Of a stretch of DNA of 64,000 nucleotides, positions 10,258 through 20,381 are shown in pieces; the stretch's first letter is position 1; every line of letters begins with the position of its first letter. Position numbers and translations under genes: made by a program. A model generated the notes under the pieces. The model did no database searches, was not told the DNA's origin, and saw nothing but the letters and a program-made list of their open reading frames with translations. Origin of the DNA: Candidatus Latescibacterota bacterium (lineage in GTDB: Bacteria; Latescibacterota; CBDEFO01); contig CBDEFO010000008.1 of assembly GCA_965237525.1 (NCBI GenBank), positions 1,376,001-1,440,000 on the forward strand, given 5' to 3'.

Positions 10258-10980
10258 ATGATCAATCCCAAAGATACGGTTCCGAGTCTATTGACGATAG
10301 GCAATATCTTGTGCGGCTTCCTATCCATTGCCTACAGCGTGGACGGTCGATTTGAGGCAGCCGCGTGGTTGATCGTTCTGGCAGGCTTTTTGGACACTTT
10401 GGATGGGAAAGTAGCAAGATTTATCGATTCTCCGAGCAAGTTCGGCGTGGAATTCGATTCTTTGGCTGACGTCTGCTCCTTTGGGATTGCACCCGCCTTT
10501 TTAATGTTCAACTACCGTCTGGACATGCTCGGCCCGTGGGGTGTGAGCATAGCGTTTATATTCCTGCTGTGCGGGACGATAAGGCTCGCAAGGTTCAACT
10601 CCCGTCTGATCGGCACTGGTAAGGAGCAGTTTTCTGGGCTCCCGATTCCCCCTGCTGCTTTGACTTTGGCCTCGTATGTAATCTTTAGTAACAACGTGTG
10701 GCCCGATCTGAAAGGCACCCAGATCGCAGTGTCATTACTGTTAGCCCTATCTCTTTTGATGGTCAGCACTTTCGAGTATGAGATCTTTCCCAGGTTCAGC
10801 TTCAGCTCGCTGGGGAACAGCATTAAGCTGATCTATGTCATCGTCGCTTGCATCTTGATGATTCCGTTTGCCGACGAGGTGCTCTTCCCGTTTGCTATGG
10901 TGTATGTCCTTTCAGGTGTGGCAAAGTGGTCTGTGCATCTTGTCACCGACAGAGAGGTGGCGGAGGAGATATCTAACTGA
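10258..10980 (+). CDS. pssA: CDP-diacylglycerol--serine O-phosphatidyltransferase
   Basis: DGKVAR...G...DSLAD CDP-alcohol phosphotransferase motif; RLARFN; follows psd. Confidence 0.93.
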   Translation: MINPKDTVPSLLTIGNILCGFLSIAYSVDGRFEAAAWLIVLAGFLDTLDGKVARFIDSPSKFGVEFDSLADVCSFGIAPAFLMFNYRLDMLGPWGVSIAFIFLLCGTIRLARFNSRLIGTGKEQFSGLPIPPAALTLASYVIFSNNVWPDLKGTQIAVSLLLALSLLMVSTFEYEIFPRFSFSSLGNSIKLIYVIVACILMIPFADEVLFPFAMVYVLSGVAKWSVHLVTDREVAEEISN

Positions 10981-11036
10981 CAGTCAAATTATGGTGCAAC
11001 GTGCGCTCCGTGCTACCACTCCATGAGGAAATGTAG

Positions 11037-11327
11037 ATGCTGAGCAGAGATAAGGGAATCGGCCTCTTAATAGTCTTCCTGTTTGCAGGCTCTTTGATAG
11101 GCAATATGGTTGGGGTGATACTGGGCCTTGTGTTCGATCTTGCAGACGTCTCCCAAGACCGTGTTGTGTATGAGGTTCTGGTCAGTCCCCTGGTCGCTTA
11201 CAAGTTCGGTCCTCTTCCCATCAATCTGATCCTTTTATCTTTTACTTTTGGGTTTGAGCTTCACTTCAATCTGCCGAGCATAGCCGGCCTTTTGTTAGCG
11301 TGGTATTATTATAAGTATTCCTACTGA
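11037..11327 (+). CDS. Small membrane protein (DUF4321-like)
   Basis: 96 aa, hydrophobic, in operon context. Confidence 0.7.
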   Translation: MLSRDKGIGLLIVFLFAGSLIGNMVGVILGLVFDLADVSQDRVVYEVLVSPLVAYKFGPLPINLILLSFTFGFELHFNLPSIAGLLLAWYYYKYSY

Positions 11328-11384
11328 TTCAGAGTACAGCCGCAGTGTCCATGAAGAAGACCTGTCTTAAGGAGGTGCAACGTC

Positions 11385-11633
11385 ATGTTCGGACTAGGTC
11401 CCACGGAGCTCATAGTAATCTTCTTGGGAATTCTCCTTCTCTTCGGGGCAAAGAGGATCCCAGAGATAGCCCGCGGTATGGGCAAGGGGATCAGAGAGTT
11501 CCAAGATTCGCTCAAGGATGTTAAGAAGGAGATCGATGTGGGGAGCGCCGTTGAAGACACACAGGAAAGCTCCAACGAGCGTTCACAAGAAGCGCAAAAA
11601 GATGAAGGGAACAAGGCAGAAAAGAAGGAGTAA
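11385..11633 (+). CDS. tatA: Twin-arginine translocase subunit TatA
   Basis: LLFGAKRIPEIARGMGKGIREF. Confidence 0.95.
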   Translation: MFGLGPTELIVIFLGILLLFGAKRIPEIARGMGKGIREFQDSLKDVKKEIDVGSAVEDTQESSNERSQEAQKDEGNKAEKKE

Positions 11634-11742
11634 ACGAGTACACAGTGGACAGAGGCACATCTCCCATCCCTTGAGTCCCCGATTGAATCTATCGGGGATT
11701 CGGGGTTTTCACCCCTCGCAATTACCAACGGTCTCAGCAGAT

Positions 11743-11800
11743 GTCATCGCGAGCGCCCCCGATTGAATCTATCGGGGGGAAGCAATCTCGTAGACAGTAG
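11743..11800. repeat. GTCATTGCGAG..GAAGCAATCT-type palindromic repeat with the mini-hairpin in its loop
   Basis: Compare the empty version GTCATTGCGAGCGAAGTGAAGCAATCT at 40212-40238. Confidence 0.8.
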
Positions 11801-11866
11801 TCGGAGAGGAGCAGGGATGCCTTGTATGCTGTCTACTGTTTGCTGTCTACTTGTTTGGGGGTGATT

Positions 11867-13321
11867 TTGTATCTAAATGAGATGAAGGCTCACGAACTTG
11901 TGGGCAGGATAAAAAACCACGAGGTAAAGTCCAGGGATGTGGTGGGAGCTCTCCTAAGGCGCATAGATGAGGTGGAAGAGGACATAAACGCCTTCATCAC
12001 GGTCTTACAGAATGAGGCTATCCAGAGTGCAGAGAGGGTAGACGAGAAGGCAAAAAAGGGCGAAAAGTTAGGTGCACTTGCGGGAATCCCTGTCGCTGTG
12101 AAAGACGTAATATGTGTGTCAGGTTCAAAGACTACGTGCGGGTCGAAGATCCTTGAGAACTTCATCGCACCGTACGATGCTACGGTATCCGAGAAACTGA
12201 AGGCCGCCGATGCGGTGATCATAGGCAAGACAAATATGGACGAGTTTGCTATGGGCTCTTCGACTGAGAGTTCTTATTTTGGAATTACGAGGAATCCTCA
12301 CGATCTCGACTGCGTCCCCGGAGGATCCAGCGGCGGGTCGGCCGCCGCTGTGGCTGCAAATGAGACGATCCTGGGCGTAGGCTCCGACACGGGGGGTTCG
12401 ATCAGACAGCCCGCCGCCTTCTGCGGAATCGTGGGCCTAAAGCCAACATACGGAAGGGTATCCAGATACGGACTCATAGCCTACGGCAGTTCCCTGGACC
12501 AGATAGGTCCGATGACGAAGGATGTAAGGGACGCGGCACTCCTTTTAAATGTGATAGCAGGCCACGACCAGCGGGATTCTACCTCCTTTGCTATTCAAGT
12601 TCCCGACTATCTTTCGAGACTTCAAAACGGCGTTGAAGGGATAAAATTAGGGCTTCCAAAGGAGTACTTCGCTGAGGGATTAGACTCACAGGTAAGGGAT
12701 GCAATATTCGAAACTGCAGAACTTCTGAAGGAGCAGGGCGCAGAGATCAAAGATGTGTCCCTCCCTTACACAAAGTATGCGGTGGCGGCGTATTACATCA
12801 TCGCTACGGCTGAGGCTTCTGCGAATCTGGCAAGATACGACGGCGTTAAGTACGGGTATCGGGCTGATGGCAGCGAAGATGACCTGATCCAGCTTTACAT
12901 TAAGACGAGGAGCCAGGGCTTCGGAGAAGAGGTAAAAAGGAGGATAATGCTCGGCACTTATGCCCTGAGCGCTGGATATTACGATGCCTACTATCTGAAG
13001 GCCCAAAAGGTGAGAACGCTAATAAAAAGAGACATCGAAAATGCCCTTTCCGAGTGCGATCTGCTGATTACGCCTGTCTCTCCGACGCCCGCCTTTAAGA
13101 TCGGAGAGAAGATGGACGACCCCTTGGAACTGTATCTTTCGGATATCTACACTATTTCGGTCAATATGGCTGGAATTCCAGCCATATCTATCCCTTGCGG
13201 CACTTCGTCAGATGGGTTGCCCATAGCCCTGCAGATCTTGGGGAGGCCATTTGAGGAGGATACGATCTTAAGGGTGGCCTACGCGGCTGAACAGGGTTTA
13301 ATAGCTGACGTTTGTCTCTGA
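11867..13321 (+). CDS. gatA: Asp/Glu-tRNA amidotransferase subunit A
   Basis: [41 protein letters not shown]; start (TTG 11867) approximate. Confidence 0.97.
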   Translation: MYLNEMKAHELVGRIKNHEVKSRDVVGALLRRIDEVEEDINAFITVLQNEAIQSAERVDEKAKKGEKLGALAGIPVAVKDVICVSGSKTTCGSKILENFIAPYDATVSEKLKAADAVIIGKTNMDEFAMGSSTESSYFGITRNPHDLDCVPGGSSGGSAAAVAANETILGVGSDTGGSIRQPAAFCGIVGLKPTYGRVSRYGLIAYGSSLDQIGPMTKDVRDAALLLNVIAGHDQRDSTSFAIQVPDYLSRLQNGVEGIKLGLPKEYFAEGLDSQVRDAIFETAELLKEQGAEIKDVSLPYTKYAVAAYYIIATAEASANLARYDGVKYGYRADGSEDDLIQLYIKTRSQGFGEEVKRRIMLGTYALSAGYYDAYYLKAQKVRTLIKRDIENALSECDLLITPVSPTPAFKIGEKMDDPLELYLSDIYTISVNMAGIPAISIPCGTSSDGLPIALQILGRPFEEDTILRVAYAAEQGLIADVCL

Positions 13322-13483
13322 AAAAAACATAGAACATAGGACAGTTGGTCTTGTACTAATTCTTTCCCTTTTTCCCTCCCGGTGTCCAGGTAGTATCCAT
13401 AGCCAGTCCATGATTGTATTAAGACATCTAACTCTATAACAATATATGAAGGAGGGGAAGCGTGGACAAACTCCATTTTTTGG

Positions 13484-13512
13484 TTGACAAATGTACTTTA
13501 CAATTATATACT
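13484..13512 (+). promoter_or_regulatory. sigma70-type promoter
   Basis: TTGACA-N17-TATACT. Confidence 0.7.
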
Positions 13513-13628
13513 TTAGCAGAAAATTTTGTATCTTTTTCTACTGAAATGTGATCTATGTCACAGATTATTTCTTAAAACTGATTGATACTGTTTCTCTTTA
13601 ATAATAGCTAAAGGAAGGGGAGGAAATC

Positions 13629-14543
13629 ATGAGAGTAATCTATAGAGGAGACTTGGATGGATCCGTATGTGCGGCCATCTTGACAGAGTTAGGTATGTGC
13701 GACGAGCTGCAACAGGCTCATCCCAAGGATATGCAAGATGCGAAGGTGGACGTGACGGATCAGGATCTTATTTGTAACCTGCCATATCACCCGAACTGCT
13801 AAATGTGGTTTGATCACCATTCCAGCGAGATCACCAAACGGGAGATGCCCGAAAATTTCAGAGGAAGAGTTGATGTGTCACCAAGTACCGCGCACCTGGT
13901 TTACAATTACTTTCTTCCGGAACATCCGGAACTAAAAAAATACGAAGAACTTGTCCACGACACCGATCTTGTGGACAGTGCAAACCTTACCCTCGAACAG
14001 GTTCTGAATCCCAAGGGAGCGATTCTTCTGGGTCTCTTGCTGGACCCTCGTACTGGACTTGGGCTTCAACGTGACTTTACGATAAGCAATTTTCAATGGG
14101 TGTCCGGGATTCCCTTACTGTTGACCAAACATACGGTAGAGGAAATCCTTGAAATGCCCGACTCGCAGGAGAGGATCAAGAAGTACACTGAGATGCAGGG
14201 CATCGCCGCTTTGTTCTATGCAACGAATTCTCATCTGGATGACAATGTCATTGTGACGGATGTTCGCGGCAAAGAGATTCCATCGGCGAACCGCTTCTTA
14301 ATTTATACACTGCCTGGCCTTTCGGAAGGTAATATTTCTGTTCGGATTGCCGACGGAAAGAAAGACGAGTTCGATACCATCTCCGTTGCCCATTCCATCT
14401 TTGTAAGGACGTCTACTACCGATTCCGGAGAATTGTGCAAGAGATATGGTGGCGGAGGTCACAAGGGTGCAGCTACATGTCAGCCTTCCCTTAAGGATAG
14501 CGACCGGTTCTTCCAGGAGATCATCGAAGCCTGTAAAGAGTAG
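13629..14543 (+). pseudogene. DHH-family phosphoesterase (exopolyphosphatase-related) with in-frame TAA at 13800-13802
   Basis: MRVIYRGDLDG...HPKDMQD...NLPYHPNC*MWFDHH...GGGGH read in one frame; GGAGG RBS at the upstream ATG. Confidence 0.85.
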
Positions 14544-14734
14544 CCCAATAGGAAGAGATGGACAGCGCTGGTCAGAAACTGGTCCCCGATAGAAGCAATC
14601 GGGATCGAACATTCACAGGTCTCCATACATTTTGAGGGAGCTTCGGTATATACGAAGCTTGAATACATATCGTTTTGCACAAGAAATGCTACAGACCCGT
14701 TCAAGGGGGAGGGGGAGTCCCCGTATGCTGTCTC

Positions 14735-15586
14735 CTACTCAGATAGTGGCGCGGCCTTAAACTCGCCCTTACCGTCCGACTCCACTTTGCCTATCGGTAG
14801 GGAGGGATCGTGGTCCCACATAAATATCCATCCCTCCTCCGATCCTACCCTGAGAAGCTCTAATTTTTTCATCATTGTATCGTAAGGGAAGAGATCGTAC
14901 GCCATGTTATAGGGACCCTTAAGGTGCGAGGTCGTAGGCATAATATCCGCCGGGAAGACGGCCTTTTGTCCCTTTGACTCGATCAACACTCCCTGATGAT
15001 GCCGGGTATGTCCTCCTGTCACAAAGACGCTCACTCCATCGCATATTTCGACATCACCTTCAAGAAGTCTTAAGACTTCGGCATCCATCAGTGGCGCAAA
15101 ATTGTCCCTGATGTAAGTCGTCTTCATCGTCCCGAAGTTGTTTAGGGCGTCCTTCCACTCGCCCTTTTGAACCACGTACTCGGCGTTAGGAAAGGTCGGA
15201 ACTATCTCCCCGTCCGAGTCATAGCGGGTCGAGCCTCCGCAGTGATCCAAATGGAGGTGCGACAGCACAACAATATCTACTTCCTCGGCCTCCACGCCCT
15301 CCTTTTTCAACGACGCCAAAAGCGTCACACTATCGTCTATCGCGTATATATCCTTTTGCCTTTGTCCTAACTTTGTCCCGAATCCCACATCCACCAGCAG
15401 CAACTTTTCACTTGTCCTTATCAAAGCGCAGTTCATCCCCATGTCTATCCTGTTCTTCTCATCTGTCGTGTTTGTCCTTTCCCACAGCGCCTTGGGTACA
15501 ATCCCGAACATCGAACCTCCGTCCAATTTGAACCTCCCGCCGCTGACCACCGTAAGCTCTACAGCGCCCATCGTTAACCACGTCAT
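14735..15586 (-). CDS. MBL-fold metallo-hydrolase (YtnP-like)
   Basis: LDGGSMFG, SHLHLDH, GGHT, HD. Confidence 0.92.
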   Translation of the reverse strand: MTWLTMGAVELTVVSGGRFKLDGGSMFGIVPKALWERTNTTDEKNRIDMGMNCALIRTSEKLLLVDVGFGTKLGQRQKDIYAIDDSVTLLASLKKEGVEAEEVDIVVLSHLHLDHCGGSTRYDSDGEIVPTFPNAEYVVQKGEWKDALNNFGTMKTTYIRDNFAPLMDAEVLRLLEGDVEICDGVSVFVTGGHTRHHQGVLIESKGQKAVFPADIMPTTSHLKGPYNMAYDLFPYDTMMKKLELLRVGSEEGWIFMWDHDPSLPIGKVESDGKGEFKAAPLSE

Positions 15587-15726
15587 AATCTTAGATCCTT
15601 TCCTGCGCGTCTTTAGGCATTCAACTATATAGTGGTTCTGTTTTGTCTGAAAAGATAGAAACTAAACGTGCTGTCAGATCTGCTGGTAAGGGTGAATAGC
15701 ACCCCCGATCTGGTGTAGTTCTTAAG

Positions 15727-16689
15727 CTAAACGTAACGCTGTGGATTTAGCTGAAGTTCCTGGAGAAAATCGTCAACGATTCGCTCCTGGTCGTATTCAG
15801 GTTTCCAGTTCCACTCCTTTTGAGCATTGCTTTCGTCCAGTGGCAGAATGAATTTATCCACGATATCTTGTAGGTCTAAATCTGGCTTGAAATCAATCTG
15901 AGCACCGGGCACCTTGGCTTTCACAATGTCCGTCAATTCCCTGGCACTAGCAACGGGAGTAACCCCAGCAAGAAGATAGTTGACCGTTTTGATGTTTTCC
16001 AGAGGTGCCTCACTCAGCTGCACCATCGCTAGAGCCGCATCTTTAAAATACAGGACAGGGAACTCGGTTTCAGGCTTTACCCAGATCGTATATGGATTTC
16101 CCTGGGCACACTCCTCAATGACTCCGCAAGTGTATTGGGAAACTCCAGGAGTCTTCACCCCTGGTCCTACGATGGAGGGATATCGAACTCCTCTGAAATC
16201 AAGCCCATATTTCCTTTTGTAAAATAGCCCCATTTGTTCGCCGAATACCTTTGTGGCACCATAAAAAAGCTGGGGACGTTGAAGGGTATAATCACTAATG
16301 ACCTCTTCCTGGATATCGAGTCCATAAGTCCCGATGGAGCTTGAAAAAAGCACTTGCTGAACGTCAAACAGTCTTGCAGCCTCCAGCACATGAAAGGTAC
16401 CAAGGGCGTTCGCTCTAATAGCAGCAGCCGGATTGGCATCGGAAGGCACAGAAAGCATTCCTCCTAGGTGATATATCACTCGAGGTTGAGCATTCTTAAC
16501 TGCATCCAGCACTTGGCTGAAGTTACCTAAATCACCCTGTACCATTTCTACTTGATCTTCCACGTCGTCTAGTCGTTTGATGGAAGGGTTGATATCGAAA
16601 ACGACCGGATTCTTCTCTCCTTTTTCTAATAGAAGGCGCACTACCTTTGCTCCTATAAAACCGGTACCTCCAGTAATGAGTGTAGCCAT
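15727..16689 (-). CDS. NAD-dependent epimerase/dehydratase (SDR; L-threonine 3-dehydrogenase-like)
   Basis: TGGTGFIG, SSIG, YGATK. Confidence 0.88.
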   Translation of the reverse strand: MATLITGGTGFIGAKVVRLLLEKGEKNPVVFDINPSIKRLDDVEDQVEMVQGDLGNFSQVLDAVKNAQPRVIYHLGGMLSVPSDANPAAAIRANALGTFHVLEAARLFDVQQVLFSSSIGTYGLDIQEEVISDYTLQRPQLFYGATKVFGEQMGLFYKRKYGLDFRGVRYPSIVGPGVKTPGVSQYTCGVIEECAQGNPYTIWVKPETEFPVLYFKDAALAMVQLSEAPLENIKTVNYLLAGVTPVASARELTDIVKAKVPGAQIDFKPDLDLQDIVDKFILPLDESNAQKEWNWKPEYDQERIVDDFLQELQLNPQRYV

Positions 16690-16822
16690 AGTGATCTCCT
16701 ACCTGACTTGGACAAACCGCTTCATGGCTTGTAGCCACATCCCCCTTCACACTACCACATGCGTTCGCCCCTACATTAGGCAAATTCGGAGTTTGTGTCT
16801 TTAAGCAAGACACAATAAACTG

Positions 16823-16863
16823 TTGACTTAAACGACCTTTGTAGGTATATTCACAAAGGTCGT
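16823..16863 (+). promoter_or_regulatory. Promoter whose -10 lies inside an 11-bp perfect inverted repeat
   Basis: TTGACT-N17-TATATT; ACGACCTTTGT (16832-16842)-N10-ACAAAGGTCGT (16853-16863). Confidence 0.65.
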
Positions 16864-16905
16864 CTATCCCACAGAAGACGCTCTCCTGCTAAGGAAAAGA
16901 CATCT

Positions 16906-17130
16906 ATGAAAAAGTGCCCGTACTGCGCAGAGGAAATACAGGATGAAGCTATAAAATGCAAACACTGCGGCGAATTTCTACCGTTGGAGAGTGAACATCA
17001 CGACGACCGCCCACTATCAGAACCGGGAGTCAAATCCTATCAGTTGGGATGTCTTATTTCCATTGTACTTATCGTCTTGATCGTGTTGGCCTCATTCTTC
17101 GTATGCTTTAAGTATCCCCCCTCATTTTAA
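16906..17130 (+). CDS. Zinc-ribbon membrane protein
   Basis: CPYC...CKHC plus C-terminal TM helix. Confidence 0.85.
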   Translation: MKKCPYCAEEIQDEAIKCKHCGEFLPLESEHHDDRPLSEPGVKSYQLGCLISIVLIVLIVLASFFVCFKYPPSF

Positions 17131-17142
17131 GGAGGATCACAG

Positions 17143-17436
17143 ATGGCAAAATACCAGATACTGCACTGGAGGAAGATACCCATTCAGGTCAAAGCCTTCG
17201 ATGCAGAAAACGAAGCCAAAGAACAGCTTCCAGAGCGATTCCAGGTCGCAATAGACGAACTTGCAATGGCACAGGGCGCAGTCGGAACAGACGCCTATCT
17301 GGAGGCGTGGGAATGGACTCCTGTAGAAGAGCAGGAAGGGACACCCGAAGAAGTTGCCAAAGCTGTAGCAGAGGAACTCATCAAGAACACCGACCTGAGC
17401 TCGTACGGTGGTGGACTAAGCATAGGGATTAGCTAA
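17143..17436 (+). CDS. Small 'Virulence factor'-family domain protein
   Basis: WRKIPIQV...LPERFQVAID..AM...DAYL..W pattern. Confidence 0.7.
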   Translation: MAKYQILHWRKIPIQVKAFDAENEAKEQLPERFQVAIDELAMAQGAVGTDAYLEAWEWTPVEEQEGTPEEVAKAVAEELIKNTDLSSYGGGLSIGIS

Positions 17437-17515
17437 AAACCGATAAAACTATCTATCAAGTTAACAGATCCCGTTATCTTGTCAAGGTGAATATGTGCTG
17501 GTAAAAGGAGAATCA

Positions 17516-18250
17516 ATGTCAAACAGGAAAAAGATTCTAATAACGGGTGCTGCAGGCAAGATAGGAAGGGTACTCAAAGAAGGCTTGAAAGACGATTATG
17601 ACCTGCGTTTGATGTACCATAGAACCGTCCTGCCCGCCGAAGAGGGCGAGGAAGTAGTAATATGCGACATTGCAGATTTCGACTGCGTAAAGAAGGCTGT
17701 TGACGGAGTAGATACTGTGGTTCATCAGGCGGCAGACCCAGCGGTAGACGCCACTTGGGAGAGTGTCCTGCATTCCAATATCATAGGTGTATATAACGTC
17801 TATGAGGCCTGTCGTCAGTGCGGCGTGAACAAAGTAGTCTTCGCCAGCACAAACCATGTGACGGGATACTATGAGAAAGACGGGAGGACATATACGACGC
17901 CCGATATGCCCGTCAGACCCGACAGCTACTACGGGGCCAGCAAGGCTTTCGGCGAGGCTCTGGGGCGATACTACTCAGACGCATTCGGAATGTCTGTTAT
18001 CTGCCACAGGATCGGTTCTTTCATAGGAGGCGAGCCGGAAGAGGGGAAAGGGCGCATCCTTTCGACGTGGATGAGCAATCGCGACTACGTTCAACTGACC
18101 AGACTGTCCATAGAGACGGACGTAAAGTTCGGAATATTCTACGCCATATCGGGGAATACGAGACGCTACTGGGACATATCCAGCGCACAGGAGATTCTCG
18201 GATACAAACCCCAAGACGACGCAGAAAGATTCGCCGAGGAGGGTGCCTAA
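17516..18250 (+). CDS. NAD-dependent oxidoreductase (uronate dehydrogenase-like SDR)
   Basis: ITGAAGKIG, ASTNH, RPDSYYGASK, RIGS. Confidence 0.88.
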   Translation: MSNRKKILITGAAGKIGRVLKEGLKDDYDLRLMYHRTVLPAEEGEEVVICDIADFDCVKKAVDGVDTVVHQAADPAVDATWESVLHSNIIGVYNVYEACRQCGVNKVVFASTNHVTGYYEKDGRTYTTPDMPVRPDSYYGASKAFGEALGRYYSDAFGMSVICHRIGSFIGGEPEEGKGRILSTWMSNRDYVQLTRLSIETDVKFGIFYAISGNTRRYWDISSAQEILGYKPQDDAERFAEEGA

Positions 18251-18311
18251 GGCAGCAGTCAGTACTAAGTAAACAGGTAGGCAGGGGGCACTATCCCCTT
18301 TCACCTGTCTA

Positions 18312-19052
18312 CTATCTAATGTCAAACGGGCGCGCGGCTACGGCTACAAATACACTCTTTGCACCTCCCTCAGTAAGCGTCTTTGCGCAGGAATCCGCCG
18401 TCGCTCCTGTAGTCAGCACGTCGTCTATCAGAACCACTTTCTTACCCTTAAGATCCTCATACTTGACAACGCGAAACGCCCCGTCCACGTTCTCGATTCT
18501 CTGGATGGGGTCTAATTTTGTCTGGACTTTTGTCCACTTCCACCTTATCAGAATATCCTCCCTCACCTCTATCTTCAGCGCATCCCCCAGGCTTTGAGCA
18601 ATAATTTCGCTTTGATTGTAGCCTCTTTCCCTCTTTCTGCTCCTGTGGAGCGGAACCGGAACGATCATATCGGCTTTTATCATCCTGCCATCGTCCCTCA
18701 ACAGTTCCGCCAACATGCCCCCTAATCTGGCACCGATGGACTTTTTCCCACTGTATTTGAACTGATGAATTATGTCCTGGGTTTTCCCTACGAAGATGGA
18801 CAATATCCGCACTCCACTGAAGTTAAACTCCCTTTTCCGACACCACTGGCACGGAGAAGCACTCTCAGCTAATGGCGCTCCACATCTTCGGCAGAAACCT
18901 CTATCGATCAGCTCCACATCACCCCAGCATCCCTCGCACACCACATGCTCGTCCCCCTCCAGATAAGACTCACAGACGCAGCAGTGAGGAGGGAAGACAA
19001 AATCGAGTAGCGATCCGTACAGCAAGGCTGTGAAATCTTGTAATTTCATCAT
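18312..19052 (-). CDS. comF: ComF family protein (zinc ribbons + PRTase)
   Basis: CxxC pairs, VPLH..R..ERGYNQ, LIDDVLTTGAT. Confidence 0.92.
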   Translation of the reverse strand: MMKLQDFTALLYGSLLDFVFPPHCCVCESYLEGDEHVVCEGCWGDVELIDRGFCRRCGAPLAESASPCQWCRKREFNFSGVRILSIFVGKTQDIIHQFKYSGKKSIGARLGGMLAELLRDDGRMIKADMIVPVPLHRSRKRERGYNQSEIIAQSLGDALKIEVREDILIRWKWTKVQTKLDPIQRIENVDGAFRVVKYEDLKGKKVVLIDDVLTTGATADSCAKTLTEGGAKSVFVAVAARPFDIR

Positions 19053-19123
19053 GATCTGTGTTCAGTTTTAAAGGATTGCATGTCATTCTTCAGTTAGGTT
19101 CAAAATTTTGTGTCTGGGTTAGC

Positions 19124-20203
19124 CTACGATTTGCCAACACTTTCTCCCTTAGCCTGATTATTCTTGATGAATGTCTTCAGGACATGATTTACCACTCTCT
19201 CAAAAAAATGAGGATTCGGTATATAATCTTTTTGCTCCCATTTCCTACCTCCTACACTCATACGAAGCGAAGGGTCTATCTCCGATCCCTCCAATGGAGC
19301 CAAAAATACCTGTGGCGGGAATAGTTCTCCATTATGAAGACTTCTCGAACGCTGGTCGTAAATTCGCTTCAGAAGAACAGGAAGTTGCTCAGGCTTGATT
19401 TTCCCATGTACGGGTCTCTCTCCCTCAGTCCAAAAATCGTCCTCTATATGCTTAAGTATGAAGGTTACAAACTTACGCTGAATAAATGCTTCTCTTTTCA
19501 TAATGGCCTGTTCAATTTTATTTCGCAAGTCTTCGTCTTCCACTTGACTCACAAGTTTTGCTATTTTCTGATCTATATCAGCTAGTGAAACTTCAATATC
19601 AGTGTCTCGACACAATACTTCAATCGCTGAAACTAGATTCAAGTATGCCATATCTGGTTGTTCTTCAATCAATAGAAGAGCTTGATGATACAATCTAACA
19701 GACAATATAAATCTCTGATGATAATTTCTGTCAAGGCCCTCAACTAATTTTAGCCAGTCAGACAAATCTGCAAGGTTGCTGTGACCAGTGACAAGAGGCT
19801 TATCAATCAAATACTGTTTTTTTGAGTAATAAAATGGTGTGTCATCCCTACGAACCAGCGGTCCGAGTTTCAATCTTCTGCGAACGAAAAGCGAGGCGAG
19901 TGATACTAATTCCTCAGCAATACCCCCAATATGATAGTAGGAAGGTTCTCTAGCGGTCTGCAATGTTTCAGGATCTTTTGAAGTGATTCTTTCTCTTATT
20001 CGAAGACATAGCTTTCTTTCTTCTCCCGCACGCTTATTAACCAAAAGCTCCCAGACATAGAAGTCGTATGGTCCATAGCTAAGTAATCCAACAAAATGAG
20101 CATCTGCATTAATTTCGTATTCGTAGGTGCTACATTCACCATCCTCATTTTTATCAGCTTCAATGTTTGTTACAAAGTACATCTTTTTTTCATCAGTAGT
20201 CAT
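19124..20203 (-). CDS. Hypothetical protein with C-terminal HEPN-like (ApeA-type) domain
   Basis: YLNLVSAIEVL helix and YDQRSRSLHNG (Rx4H); AT-rich relative to its flanks. Confidence 0.7.
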   Translation of the reverse strand: MTTDEKKMYFVTNIEADKNEDGECSTYEYEINADAHFVGLLSYGPYDFYVWELLVNKRAGEERKLCLRIRERITSKDPETLQTAREPSYYHIGGIAEELVSLASLFVRRRLKLGPLVRRDDTPFYYSKKQYLIDKPLVTGHSNLADLSDWLKLVEGLDRNYHQRFILSVRLYHQALLLIEEQPDMAYLNLVSAIEVLCRDTDIEVSLADIDQKIAKLVSQVEDEDLRNKIEQAIMKREAFIQRKFVTFILKHIEDDFWTEGERPVHGKIKPEQLPVLLKRIYDQRSRSLHNGELFPPQVFLAPLEGSEIDPSLRMSVGGRKWEQKDYIPNPHFFERVVNHVLKTFIKNNQAKGESVGKS

Positions 20204-20381
20204 TTCTATTTCACCTCGTAATTTTTTGACCGTTGTAGCCTTCGGAATGAAATGGGGCTTGAACTTTAACCTTCACAAAAGCCAAAATACAGCGTCCTTG
20301 CAGAAAAGTCAACAGAAAATCTACAATTCTTGGTAGGGGCAGACCGTTGTGTCTGCCCTTTGGGCGAACATATAGATTAGC

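Noticed and set aside
13800..13802. Selenocysteine readthrough
   Set aside because: The codon is TAA, not TGA
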